DNA of 55,058 nt, taken from Azolla caroliniana. Lineage: Eukaryota > Plantae > Polypodiophyta. A model generated the notes under the pieces. The model had not been told where the DNA came from and searched no databases. It saw only the letters and a program-made list of their open reading frames with translations. This document shows, in pieces, positions 1 to 12,690 of the stretch (the stretch's first letter is position 1; each line of letters starts with the position of its first letter). Location: positions 1-55,058 of the forward strand of contig JBHGNT010000197.1 in assembly GCA_043228905.1 (NCBI GenBank), given 5' to 3'. The translations under genes and the position numbers were made by a program.

Positions 1-6
1 CTGCAG

Positions 7-3000
7 GGTGGAGCCACCATCTGATATCAAATCGGCGATATCATTTCATCATACCGTCGCCACAGATAGGAGACAGACCTCTGGGATCCATATCTGCATC
101 AGAGGTCAGTGGCAGGGTTTGCCCAATCTGCCATGAACCCGTCCATCCTTCTGCTTCTTGCTGTTCATCGTGCACAGTGGAAGCTGTATCGGAGAGCATA
201 CTCGACCTCAAGACTCATCTTCTCCATGGAGTTCTCCATTGCAATGGCTTCGGCCATCTTCTCTGTGTAAATGGGCGGGAGAATGGATCAGAATACGTAT
301 CAGGAAGAGAAATAGTGGACCTGTGGGATCGTATATGCGCCATGCTTCGTGCAAGGTACAGTCAGACGTGTATTTATGTATCTGTAATTACTGTGCTAAT
401 TAGTTAATAAACGAAAATCTTACAGACCTTACGACAGAATGGGCTAGCGAACTGCGTACTGCTGGATTATTTAATCATTTATAGCTTATGATAGATAACT
501 CGACATACATTATTTTCTTGAGGACTGTAATTTGCATCTGCCAGTTGCAGGAAATATATCTAATGACGTTCTGGAGTACTTAAGAATGGGCCCTTTAATC
601 CTGTGAAATAATTATCCATAAAAAGATAATCTTGAATAATAGTTTCATCGGTGACACTAATCTGAAACAGTTTCCTGATCATATAATTTAGCGGTTATGA
701 ATATCTGAATAATGTCCAGAGGAGCCGAATCAAAGCCTTCCGCTAAAATAAGGACAGGACCCTTTTTCATATTAGCAAGCAAGTACTCGTTTGTTGAGGG
801 GGGGGGGCGTCCTGTATCGACAATACTGTAACATCAGTATTACCCAACAAATATTGCATTTCGCTAGATAATGGTTGGATGGATCAGAAATGATTTGATA
901 GAATATAAAGAGAATCGGAGTTGAAAGGGATGGATTTAAAAAATAAGCTGGAGTTGGATTGGAAGGGATATTAATGGAGTGGATTAAAAAAGTATGGTTA
1001 AAAACTGATTGAACTGGATTGGATTTGCAATTGAATGGAATCGAATGGAATTGAATTGAATCGTTGGATGGCAGGAAGGTGAGCGTGGAGGACGTGACGA
1101 AGAAGAAAGAATTGGAGCTTCGGCTGCTGCATTGTGTGGCTTATGGGCAGTCGTGGTTTGGCAGGTGGGGATACAGGTTCGGCCATGGTAGCTTCGGGAT
1201 CACGGAGCAGGTATATGGGAAGGCCATCGAAGCGATCCGAGGCATGCCTCTCAGCGTCATGCTTCAGCACTTCCATGGCTTGGGTTCGGATCAAGACACC
1301 ATAGCCATTATCGTCTCTCGTTACCAGCGCCTCGCTCTCATCACTTCCACGTCTTCTTCGTCTCCACCTCCTCCTCCTCCTTCTTCTTCTTCGTTGCAGA
1401 CTGTCGGTGACCTCATCCGTTTTATGATCGAAACCAAAGCCAAATTACCCAAGCTTGAGTGCAGCTTTAATGGCAATCGACCTCAATCAGACCATCGTCT
1501 GCAACCAAGGCATGCTGCAGATCAACAACTTCGCAGAAGTAATAACAGTACCACAGGTAGATTCATTAACGGAGCTGGCAAAGAAAACAACGTTACTGGG
1601 TCTGCCTCTTCCTCTTCTTCGTTGAATTCGTCTTCTTCTTTAAATTCTTCTTCTTCTTGGAATTCTTCCAATTCTTCCTCTTCGAATTCTTCCAGTTCGA
1701 ATTCATCTACAGGTTATCTAGATAACATTAACATGCCTAGCTGTAGATGGTCTACGAAGCGATTAGAGCTCGCAACGCAGGTGATCGTTGAAGCTTTGAA
1801 GAATTGTGAGAAGAAATGGATGCCAAGACAAGACGTCCGAGACGCTGCAAGGGTTTATATTGGCGACACAGGTCTTCTCGATTTTGTTCTCAAATCGTTG
1901 GGAAATCGAACTGTGGGGAATTATACAGTCCGCAGAGCAGTGAATCCTCTCACCAAAGTGCTTGAATACAGCCTCGAAGACACTAACTTAAGCTCTACCA
2001 TGGCTAGAAGCTCCGATAGTACAGGTGGGATATTACTGTCGAATAGTTCCAACACGTTGACGAACTGTGACTTCTCTGAAGTGAAAGATCATCAGAAGAA
2101 CGGGACTTCGAAAGGATCGCCAGACATGAGTACAGAATTATTAAGCTTGGAGTATCAAATCGGAAGAACGGATGTGCAGAAGGATATATGTTATCTGTAC
2201 AGGCATGTATTGGAAAGCTATAAACCTGCTAAAAGATCCACCAAGGTCTCTCATGCTCTCAAAGCCATACCCACAGCTTCAAGGATTATCCTAGACACTA
2301 AACAGATGATGAAGGATTACAGGGGTGAAGTTTCAAGGAAATGTAGTTACAGTAACAGTACACTAGATTGGGGTATGGATGATGATGATGAAATGCTGAG
2401 AGTTATGTGCACTGTGGAATTGAGAGAAGAAGCGGAGTTAGCTGAGTATGCGGAATTGGAAGAGGTTTGCGATCCGATGGATCCCGCCGATTTGATGGGT
2501 TTGATTCAGATCAATGGATCTTCGACTGCTGATCGAGCAGAAATTATGGGGACTTGTGATGGTGATGGTGATGGTGATGGTGGCGATGGTGAAGCAGGGT
2601 TATTTGATGAGGTTTTAGAGGTACTGCTGGGCGATGGTAATGAGATTGATGAGGTTCTAAATATAAACGGAACCAATAATAGCGTCAATGATAGAATGAG
2701 CAAGGAGAATGTGGATGATGATGATGATGATGATCATCATCATCGTGGAAGCAATATGAGTGGATCAAATATGAGCAAGTCTAGCATGAATACTACTAAC
2801 CAAAGAGTAATCACCAACAATATTGGGATTGGTAATATGAATGGAGTGACTACTACAAGTAGTGGCAGTGCAGGAATGATAAATAGCAGAGATTACAAAC
2901 CTAATCATATCGATGGTGATCATGACATTAGCGTTAACGGTATGGGTATGGGTAGTAGGACCGTAACGAAGACGAAGAGGAGACGTCCGAACCCGCCCCC

Positions 3001-3505
3001 GGAATTGGTGGTTCTCCCTCCCCACGCGACCGTCGGAGAGCTGAAGAGGGAGGCGGAGTGGGCATTCCGAGACACCTACTTTGCAATGCGTGGCTTCAAG
3101 ATCGAGTCCATCCCTTCTCTACCGGGTGTCGACGATGACGACCTCCTGTTCGGGAACATCGAATCGGGCTCTCACATTGTCATCCGAGGCACCTCGAGCC
3201 TAGAACATGAGATCCTAGAGAGCTGTACCACCTCTAGTGGTACCAATGGTGCCATCCCTAATGCCTTGGATATGGTTCGCGTCAAGAAGCATGTTGTGAT
3301 GATGATGAACGAGTTTCGGTTCGAAGGCGGTAGCGATAGCTGGGTTGTGGACTGCCCGTGTGGCGCGCAGGATGATGACGGGGAGCGGATGATAGCATGT
3401 GATGTGTGTGAGGTCTGGCAACACACGAGGTGCGGGGGGATCGCCGATTCCGACGCGATACCCCTACGATTCCTCTGCAACAAATGCTCCATTGGCTTCT
3501 TCTAA
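7..3505 (+). CDS. PHD-finger protein of the MALE STERILITY1 / MMD1 (DUET) family, 3' part. Exons 7-355 and 1075-3505; 5' exon(s) lie upstream of the window
   Basis: After ctgcag the exon reads GWSHHLISNRRYHFIIP...HLLHGVLHCNGFGHLLCVNGRE...DLWDRICAMLRAR. It is spliced (gt 356, ag 1073-1074) in frame to KVSVEDV...LRLLHCVAYGQSWFGRWGYRFG, RQDVRDAARVYIGDTGLLDFVLKSL and a C-terminal PHD finger (VDCPCGAQDDDGERMIACDVCEVWQHTRC...FLCNKC). All are hallmark motifs of this family. Confidence 0.93.
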
Positions 3506-4741
3506 ATTATGATCCCCTTGTTGTGTAATACACCTTTTTAGTTGTAATTCAAATCCATCACCATGTTGTGCCTAGCATGTACGCTGCTAAATTAGAAGAA
3601 GTGGAAAATGCAATTGGCCCTTAGAGCCTTAGCATCCATGTAATTGCCATGAATTAGTCTAGCTTCTATCTTTTAAAACTTACAAATTAATTAGATCGGT
3701 AGTAACTGAGACCTTCAATTAGTTAGAATCTTAATGAATGTATGATCACCCACCCCCACTCACACTCAAGTTGCTTCACAGCGCTTGTACTACTAGTAAT
3801 TAAAGCTGAACTACGCTTTTAGGTAAACCCTCTTGTTGTATGGTCTTAGTGCTTCTTCTAATATATACTAACTATTATTCTACATGGCTTTGTTTCGCTA
3901 TAATTTGGCTTTTATTGCATGCCTGTCAAAATCGATTATGTAAATGCATCCATACCACAGACTACAGGTGAAGTATTGGCCAATCCGACCAAATAATGAC
4001 ATTTATATATCGTACACTATACATTTATGCATTCATTATGCACATGGAATGCAATATATATATATATATCTGATGATTTAGCAGCTCCCATGTATCCCCT
4101 CGGTCGTTCTTCTCAAACCTTGCTGAATCAATGGATTCTATGTAACACTTCATACCCAAATATTATTGATGCATGATTGGCATAATGGTTACTGTAGTTT
4201 ACCAACCAAACCAATCAAGATTATAAGTACCACACTAGAACGGGGCTCTTTTCTAGCATTCCGTTTGCAGTACTTTTACTTATTATGTTTTATGCCATTA
4301 CATAGGGGTACCACTACATAGGGGTACTGTAAGAAAAACTGAAAAAGAAAACAAAATCAAAAGGGCGGCAAATCAGAAAAGAGAGTGAACACAACAAGCG
4401 TTAGAAAAATACGTTAGAAAATGTAATAGGGTATTTTTTGTATTTTCATTCCCATATTTTTAATTAGCTAAACTTTAAGGGAAAAGAAAACAATTTCATC
4501 TCGTCGTTGTGCGTGGGTGTGAAATTTTATTATTATTATTTTTTGTTTTTTAAAGATATCCTGTCATTATGTCATTAGTATAAACAATTTACAAGATTTT
4601 AAACCTCTATGTGGTTGGCGGGGGAAACAACCATTTCGGCGGCTGAAAATGCCAATAAGGAGTGCCATAATTGGATGTCAAGAATGGAGTAGTTGTGCCT
4701 GGGTGTGAATTGTATTTTTGATGCCCCATTTTCCCAACAAG

Positions 4742-6833
4742 TGGTACCAAGAGCCGAGGCTAATATGTTTCGTAAGATTAGAATATGGATGAATCCTTTG
4801 GTGGGATGCTTAAGTTAACTGCACCCAATTATTCAATAAGGAAGTCTAAAACAATGGATTTGTTATTATGCAAGGATTTGTTGTTGTCGGTACAATGTGG
4901 TACGACAAAACCAAAAGGTATAGGTATAGGGACTTCGGAAGTCGTGCATTTAAAAACAATAACACATATATGATGTTTAATTGATATGAGTTTATATAAT
5001 AGCTTTGATGATGAAACCAAAGTTGATGTTTTGTGGAAGAAATTTGGGGGTATGTTTAAAACTAAGAATGCATTAAACAAAGTATTTGTATTCAAAAATA
5101 TAATAAGATTAAGATATCACGATGACTCTAGTATGGCAGAGCACCTAAATGTATTTCAAGGGTTGATCAATCAAATCCCTATGAAAGAAATTGTGGAAAG
5201 AAGCGAGACCAAAAGAATGAAACAATAAGAAACATGACCTTACAACAGCCACATGCGATGGTGAAATTATCATTATTCGTAATGATGTTTGTGTCGGTTT
5301 ATCATGCTAACAAACTAATTGAATTATTCACTAAAGAGCCTCGTATGATATTAGCCCATATCGGCAGATGTTTACAACATATGTTGGTGGTAATTTTGGT
5401 AGAGTCAAAATGTCCAACAAGGATGTGACAGAGGTTGTTGGCATAGAGAATGTCAATTTGGTGATAGACATAGGTTCAGAACTTGTATTGAAGGATGTTA
5501 GACAATTTCTGGATGTTCAATTGAGATTTATCATTTCTGTAGGCAAGCTTGATAATGAGGGCCATTCAAATTACTTTGGTGAAGGAAGATGGAAGTTCAC
5601 CAAGCTTGATGACAAGCTTGTGTTCACACTTGGCCATAAGACTTATATGACCCAGTGAATAAAACGCTTACTAGAAGTAGGGATGTAGTATTGCTTGAGG
5701 ATCAGACTTTACAAGATCCAAAGCTGGGTGAAATACCGGATTTCAAAATACCATTAAATCCGCAAATAGAGAATGATAAACCGGCAATTTGTAACTAATA
5801 TCACAATTTGGTATATTTAGACGGCTCGATATTTTAAGGTATTTCAAAATGTGACTAAAGAAAGACATTTTGGCGGTTAGAATTTAGAAAATGAACCCAT
5901 TACTGAAAGGCACATCTTTTATGTATAACCTTAGGGTGTTTCTTAATACTAATGTAGTATTTGTTCTTGAAAAAAAAGAATTACCAGATTTCTCCTGATT
6001 TTTTAATCACTGCACATTCAACAATCACCCTAGATATTTAGGGTCACACGGGAGATGTAGAGGAGTATAATGATGTAGTTGATGATGATGAGCAAAATCA
6101 TGATCATCGTATTCCAATTGACCGTGTTGATAGCATTGGACAGTAGTTCCACCACAAGAGGAAGACGTTAGAAAGTCTATGAGACAAAGACAAGCTTCTA
6201 CTAGACGTAGTCCACATGAATATGTGATGCTCACAGATGGGGTAGAGCCAGGAAGCTCTAGAGAAGCAATGGCACATGATCAAAAAAGGAAATGTTTTGA
6301 GGCCATAACTAATGAGATGAATTCCTTGTAAGATAATCATACCTTTGACTTGCCCCAAGTCTTCCCATTGGCACAACCCTCAATTCATTAACTGTATCGG
6401 TCTCACATGACCTCAATCTTGTCCCATATATCAAGTATCAATGTCCTCTGGATGCTCATCTCCTCTCTCTTTGCTATTTTCTCATTATTACCTGCTTTTG
6501 TTTTTTCTGTATTGTTGTCTTACCACTTTCTCTTTGATAAAGGGCAAGAGAGTGTTGAAAAACACATGGGTTTACAAGCTCAAGATTAAGGAACATTGCT
6601 CACAACCAAGATACAAGGCAAGATTGGTTGTGAAGGGCTTCAATTTAAAAAAAGGGTGTTGATTTTGAGGAGATTTTTCCACCAATGTTTAAGATGTCTT
6701 CAATCAAAATTTACTTGGGATTGCATCCAATCTCAATTTAGAAATTGAACAACTTGACGTAGAGATCGCCTTCCTTCTTGAGGGCTTTGGAATCAAAGGT
6801 AAGAAAACCTCATTTGTAGGTTAATTAGAAGAG
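4742..6833 (+). mobile_element. Old degraded Ty1/Copia retrotransposon, 5' part (PBS, gag, protease, integrase tail, RT remnants). The RT resumes at 22104
   Basis: ...ttcccaaca is followed by a degenerate Met-tRNA PBS (tggtaccaagagcc). Fragmented frames read MLKLTAPNYSI..., LVLKDVRQ...ISVGKLDNEG and LKNTWVYKLK...RYKARLVVKGF. The RT breaks at aagag (6829-6833) and continues at 22104 as KSLYNLKHAPKLWY. Many frameshifts and stops. Confidence 0.85.
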
Positions 6834-7254
6834 TGTAAACGTAAGTGTTTGCGGAAGCGTAAAACAGAGAACAACAGAGAGAGAGAGACAGAGAGAGAGA
6901 CAGAGACAGAGAGACACAGAGCGAGAGAGACAGAGAGAGCAAAACACAATTTCAAAATTATATCAAGACTCTGTACACACACTATGCTAAGTAGCACTAT
7001 TTATACAAGTTCTCTTGGGACTGACAGAAGTACCATGTACTTCAATGCTCACGCGAGCATCTGACACTTACTACGAGACTATAGCTACCTAGTAGTCTAT
7101 CCTATACTAGACTTCCGATTGGACTTCCGGTTACGGATTGCACCCGGCCTCCACTGCTTGCCGGTTCGGTTGCTCACCGTCATACCGATCCGTCTCGCTT
7201 ACCGGCTCCGGCTTATTCAGCCGATCCGGCTCCGGTTGAGCTTGCCGCTCAACA
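6834..7254 (-). repeat. 3' LTR of the younger Copia (contains a GA microsatellite)
   Basis: Direct repeat of 21691-22103. The copies differ by a handful of transitions, microsatellite length and a 14-bp indel. Confidence 0.95.
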
Positions 7255-10200
7255 CTCCCCCTCAAGCTCAACCTGAGGTGGGGTCGTAGTGTCGACCTCT
7301 GTGGCAGTCGGTTCTTCCAACCGACTTCTCCTGGCGTCACTCCGCCTTGCTCGCGCTCCTCGTCCGGTCCGGTCCCGTTTGCCGCGACCCCTTTGGTTCT
7401 GCGCGCCTCGACCCTCTCGGTCGGCATGTCTGCTCAATAGGCCCATCTCAGCACTCACGTTGCTATGACTCCGGCGCTTGCCGATCCATCGGTTCTCCCA
7501 CGATGGCATCGACTTCCGCTGTGTCTGTGTCCCCTTGGCCTTCAGTCGATCCAACTCATCCGGATCCATCTGTTGATCCGAGTCAGCTGTCTCCGACTCG
7601 TTCCAGCTCTTGTCCGAATCGGTACACTCCGATTCGACTTCCGGCTTCAGGCCTCTCATCACATCGGACCACTTCCGAGTCTTGGCCTTCTCCATGCTTC
7701 CCTCGGCTTCTTCAGCCGGTGAACCGAAATCGAATTCTTCATTCGACTCCGCATCATGGTCAGTACCGTCGTGATGACCTCCGCACAGCATGCACTTCTC
7801 TTCCTGAGTGCACAATTCTTCTTCACAGCCGCTTGCTCCGACCTGTTCGGATGTGTCGACTTCCTTCGTTGACTCGGCTTCCTTCATCTTCTTGTCTCCT
7901 CTTCTTCCGGCTCTCCTCTTACCGACGGGTGCAACAGTTTTTTGGCCTTTGGCCGTTTCGATAAAGACTTTGCCCTTGCTTCTCCCCCTCAAGTGCGGCA
8001 CGTCGAGATGCTGAATACCAAGCATGTCGGTAAAGTGCTGCAACTTGTCCGATCCGAGCGGCTTGGTGAAGATGTCGGCAACTTGCCGATCTGTATGAAC
8101 ATACCGTAGGTCAACTTCACCGCTCAGGACCCGCTCACGCACGAAGTGGTAGTGCACCTCGATGTGCTTTGTGCGAGCATAGAACACAGGGTTCCTGGCG
8201 AGCTGTAGGCTGCTCATGTTATCACAGTAAATCGGGATCGGGGTTGGTACCTCGATCCGCAAGTCTCGCAGCAGTCGCCGAAGCCAAATGGCTTCACAAG
8301 TGGCAACGGTAGCGGCCCGGTACTCAGCCTCAATGCTTGACAAAACCACTGTGGGCTGCTTCTTGCTGCTCCACGCAACGGCCGCGCTACCTATGGAGAA
8401 CATGTATCCGAAAGTGGAGCGGTGATCAGACGCATCGTCGGCCCAATCAGCATCTGTGTAACCGACAAGCTCTTCGGGTATACCTCGCCGGTATAGCAGT
8501 CCCCGGTCCTTAGTGCCGCTGACATACCGTAATATTCGTTGCGCGCACTGAAGGTGCTCCACGGTCGGCTTCTGCATGAACTGGCTTATCATGCCGACCG
8601 GATATTAGCTGATGTCGGGTCGGGTGATGGTTAAGTAGATTAGGCTTCCGACAACCTGTCGGAACCGTTTCTCATTGCAGGCCGGTTCAGAGTTGGGACG
8701 GAGCTTCTGGTTCCGGTCCAGGGGTGTGGAGACAGGTCGGCAATCCGTCATGCCGAACTTATACAGCATATTCAACACGTAATGTCGTTGTGAGAGCAAT
8801 ATGCCGTCGGGGGTCTGGATCACTTCAATCCCAAGAAAATAATGAAGGTCCCCCAAGTCCTTCATTTCGAATGCGTCCGACAACTGGGACTTGACGTGGT
8901 TGATTTCGGGAAGACCCGGTCCGGTGATGACTAAATCATCCACATACAAGAGTATACATACCGGACCGTCAGAGCCTTGCCGGATGAACAACGAAGAGTC
9001 CGACTTAGAGACAGCAAACCCTAGCTGACGCAACCGGTGCGTGATCTTCGCGTTCCAAGCTCGGGGGGCTTGCTTCAAGCCGTAAAGCGACTTCTTCCGT
9101 CGGCATACCGCCGATTTGTTCATCTCCGATTGAAATCCGGGGGGCTGAGTCATAAAGACTTCTTCTTCAAGCTCTCCTTGAAGGAAGGCGTTCTTCACAT
9201 CCATCTGGTGAAGATGCCACCCCCTTGCCACAGCAACCGCCAGTACCACACGAACCGTCGTCATCTTCGTCACAGGAGCGAAGGTCTCGTCGTAGTCGAT
9301 TCCGTGGGTCTGCGCATATCCCTTCGCCACTAACCAGGCTTTGTACCGGTTAACAGAACCGTCGGCGTTGTACTTGACCTTGTACACCCACTTGCATCCG
9401 ATCGGTTTACAGTGACAGGGAGGATCAACTAGGTCCCAAGTTTCGTTGGCATCGAGTGCCCGCATTTCTTCGTCCAGAGCGGCACGCCAATTTGTGTCCT
9501 TTGCCGCTTCTGCGTAGCTCTCCGGCTCACGCACTTCTGTCACCTTAGTCATGTACGCATAATGATGCGCCATGTATTCATTGTACACGTACCGCACGAC
9601 GGGATCCTTCTGACGGGTTGATCGGCGCAACGCACCGTCACCTGATTTGAGGCCCTTCTTGGCCAGTTCGGTCTTTGTTGCCGAAGATCTGCCTTTCTCC
9701 TTTCCGGAGTCGGATACGCACCGATCCGACTCATCTTTGCCGGTTTCGAATTCTGGCATCTTCCTCTTCCCCTTCTCTTTGCGCGTGAACCGTTTCCTCG
9801 GTTCCTTGCGCGGGGAGAGCACGGTAGAGTCTCCACACTTGCCATCTCTTCATCCGACTGGTCCAACCAACTCAGTCGCTCCTTCAGTCCACTCAACCGA
9901 AACGATTCCGGACTCTCATCTTGAGTCCCGGCTTCATCATCCTCTGCCAGGGCTGATTCAGGCTCACTCGCCTGATCTTCCAGCATTGGGTCGGGATCGG
10001 AAGTCGGAGTCGGTACGGAGTACCAGGATGCCGATTCGTCGAACTCGACATACCGGCTAACTCGGACTTCCTTCGTCCGGGGGTTATAGCACTTATACCC
10101 CTTTTGCTCTTGAGCATAGCCGACTAGGATGCATTTTTCCAATTCTGCATCTAGCTTTCTCCGCTTCTGGTCCGGCACATGCACATACGCTATGTTGCCG

Positions 10201-12293
10201 AATATCCGAAGGTGTCTTAAGTTCGGCTTTCGCCCGAAATACAGCTCATGAGCTGACACCTTGTCACCAATGCGGTTTTGTATGTAGACGACCGTCTGGA
10301 CCGCCTCCGCCTAGTAGAACCGGGCCATGCTCTTCTCCTCCAACATTGCCCTTGCCGCTTCGACGAGTGTCCGATTCTTCCTTTCGGCCACACCGTTTTG
10401 CTCCGGTGTGTATCTGCAGCTGAACTCTCGCCGAATTCCCTTCTGCTGCAGATAACTAGTGAATTGGCCAGAAAAATATTCCTTTCCGCCATCCGACCAA
10501 AGGCATTTGATCTTCCTCTCCGATTCCTGTTCCACCATCTTCTAGAGGCTTCGGAAACAGTCGAAGACTTCGCTCTTCCGCTCAATGAGGTTGATCCAAG
10601 TATGTCGAGTACAGTCGTCGATGAAGGAGACGAAGTATCGGCTCCCGCCAAGGCTTACACTTTGTGCCGGTCCCCACACATCCGAATGGATGAGATCGAG
10701 CTTGTTATGGATCCGGTTCCGTTCGGTGGGGAATGGAAGCCGGTGTTGCTTCCCAAGTTGGCAGGCTTCACAAATTTCGGCTCTCCGGCCGCTGAACTTC
10801 GGCAAACCGAAAACGACTTGTTTCGTTTGCAGGTCTTGAAGCCTCCAGTAGTTGACGTGGCCTATCCGCTTGTGCCACAGGTTGATGTCCGACTCGACCT
10901 TCTGTCGTTTCGCGAACAGAGCGGTGCCAAAGTCATTGGTGTTGAGGATAAACATCCTCCCGTCTCTGCGCCCTTGCGCAATAACTTCGCCCTCATCCTC
11001 AATGAAGCACCCGAGGTGCGTAAACCGCACCAGCATCCCCTAGTCGACAATCTGACCGACGGACACCAGGTTCTTTGTGATTGTCGGAACGTGTAATAAG
11101 TTCATCAGCTTCCCTTTCTGTCCGACGTGGCTTAGAGGAACTTCTCCGACGTGCACGATTCGGTGAGGAGTGTCGTCTCCGGTTTCGACTATTCATGGTT
11201 GATCCGGTTTCTCCAGAAAGGAGAACCACTCTTTGTGGCTCGTCATGTGGTTCGACGCGCCGGAATCAACATACCACACTTCCTCCGTTTTGGAAGTGGT
11301 CTTCTTCATTGAGTTTGCCTTGTGATTCATCACCAAGGCTGGCCCCTTACCGGCCTTTCCGTTTCCGGATCCTCCTGATCCGTTTGCGTAGTGCGAGTTT
11401 TGCCGGCCATCCTTACCGGTCTTGCCGGATCCGGATTTGTCCGAATCGGCACGCTTTCTCCAGCACTCGCTTTCCCTGTGGCCTTTTTTGCCATAGTACC
11501 AGCATTCTGTAGCGGATTTGTCTTGCCGGCCTTCGGCACCGCCTTGACTCCCCCTAATTGTGGAAGTCCCGGAACTGCTGTCGGCACGCTCATAGTGCCT
11601 CCGTTCCTGTTCTTGTCGGCCGCCTCCATTGCATGTCGACCCACCTCTTCCACCACGCCCACGGAGCCGATCCGTTCCCGTGTACAGCATTCGGTTGTCC
11701 GGGGATGCACTGTTAAATGCACCGGCGTGGTTCTCCTCTACAAGGAGCATCGACTGTAAGTCAAAGAATGAGGGGGTATTCTCCCTTGTACACACCGTAG
11801 TTCGGAACGCTCCGAACTTGGACGCCAGGCCTCCGAAACATACCTGCACCATCTCGTCTTCCTCTACGGTAACATTGATAGAGGCGAGCGAGTCGCAGAT
11901 CTCCTTTATCCGGCCCGTGTAGTCTGCCACGGACATGTTCTTCTGTCGAACATTGCTCAACTCCTGTCTGAGTTGCAGCTTCCGAGCAGTGGTGGTTGCG
12001 GCGAAAACCTTTTTCAGGTTCCCCCAAGCATCCTTCGGTGTCTTGGCGTCACGGATGTGGCTGAGCAGCTAATCGCCGACACTGGACGCAAAGCAGTACA
12101 TCACCCTGCTTGCCGCTTGTTTCCATACCGGGAAGTCCTTGTGTGCCGAGTCTGGCGCCGCATCATTCGCTCCTTCGACATAACTCTAGTACCCGTGTCC
12201 AAGCAGGTACTGGTGCATCTTGTAAGACCAAGATGCGTAGTTGCTCCTATCGAGCTTCTCCACCGGGAGCGACGTAGCCATGCCTCTATCCAT
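7249..12293 (-). pseudogene. Copia gag-pol polyprotein, disrupted by stops and frameshifts
   Basis: Gag start MDRGMATSLPVEKLDRSNYASWSYKM, zinc knuckle (CWYYGKKGHRESEC), protease WYVDSGASNHM, GAG-pre-integrase WHKRIGH, integrase (LIHSDVWGP, SDGGKEY, PEQNGVAERKNR), RT (YVDDL) and RNase H (YTDADWA, YCDN, TKHIEVHYHFVRE). In-frame TAG at 12186-12188 and 10311-10313. Confidence 0.93.
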
Positions 12294-12339
12294 GTCTTCT
12301 ACTGTGTCTATTTTCGACCTGTTAGGGTTTTAACACGTT

Positions 12340-12367
12340 CGCGTTCACAAGTGGAAGGATCGCGCAT
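12340..12367 (+). repeat. Left terminal inverted repeat (including possible CGCG TSD)
   Basis: Reverse complement of 21601-21628 with one mismatch. Confidence 0.9.
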
Positions 12368-12690
12368 AAATGGAAGGATAAGGGTAATTTTAGGGGTTTT
12401 TCAATGATTTTACAAAACACATTGATACCAGTATCATACAAGTTCAAACATACTATGAAAAAGGTTAAAAATCCACTATTTTCGTGATTTAGAAGTAACT
12501 AAAAAAAGACGAATTTCAAAAACGTACATTCTCAATTTATATCACAAACTTTACAACCAATGTTATTTTATAAGAAACGATTTTTGGGAAATCATAAGAA
12601 TTCAAAACACATGATTTTATATTACTCGATTTGTTACAAGCGGAATGTAGTTACACTTAATAGCCAAATATACATTCATGATAGAGTCCT

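Noticed and set aside
7347-12407. Numerous plus-strand ORFs (205, 137, 272, 143, 122, 144 aa)
   Set aside because: They are antisense shadows of the GC-rich Copia gag-pol on the minus strand.
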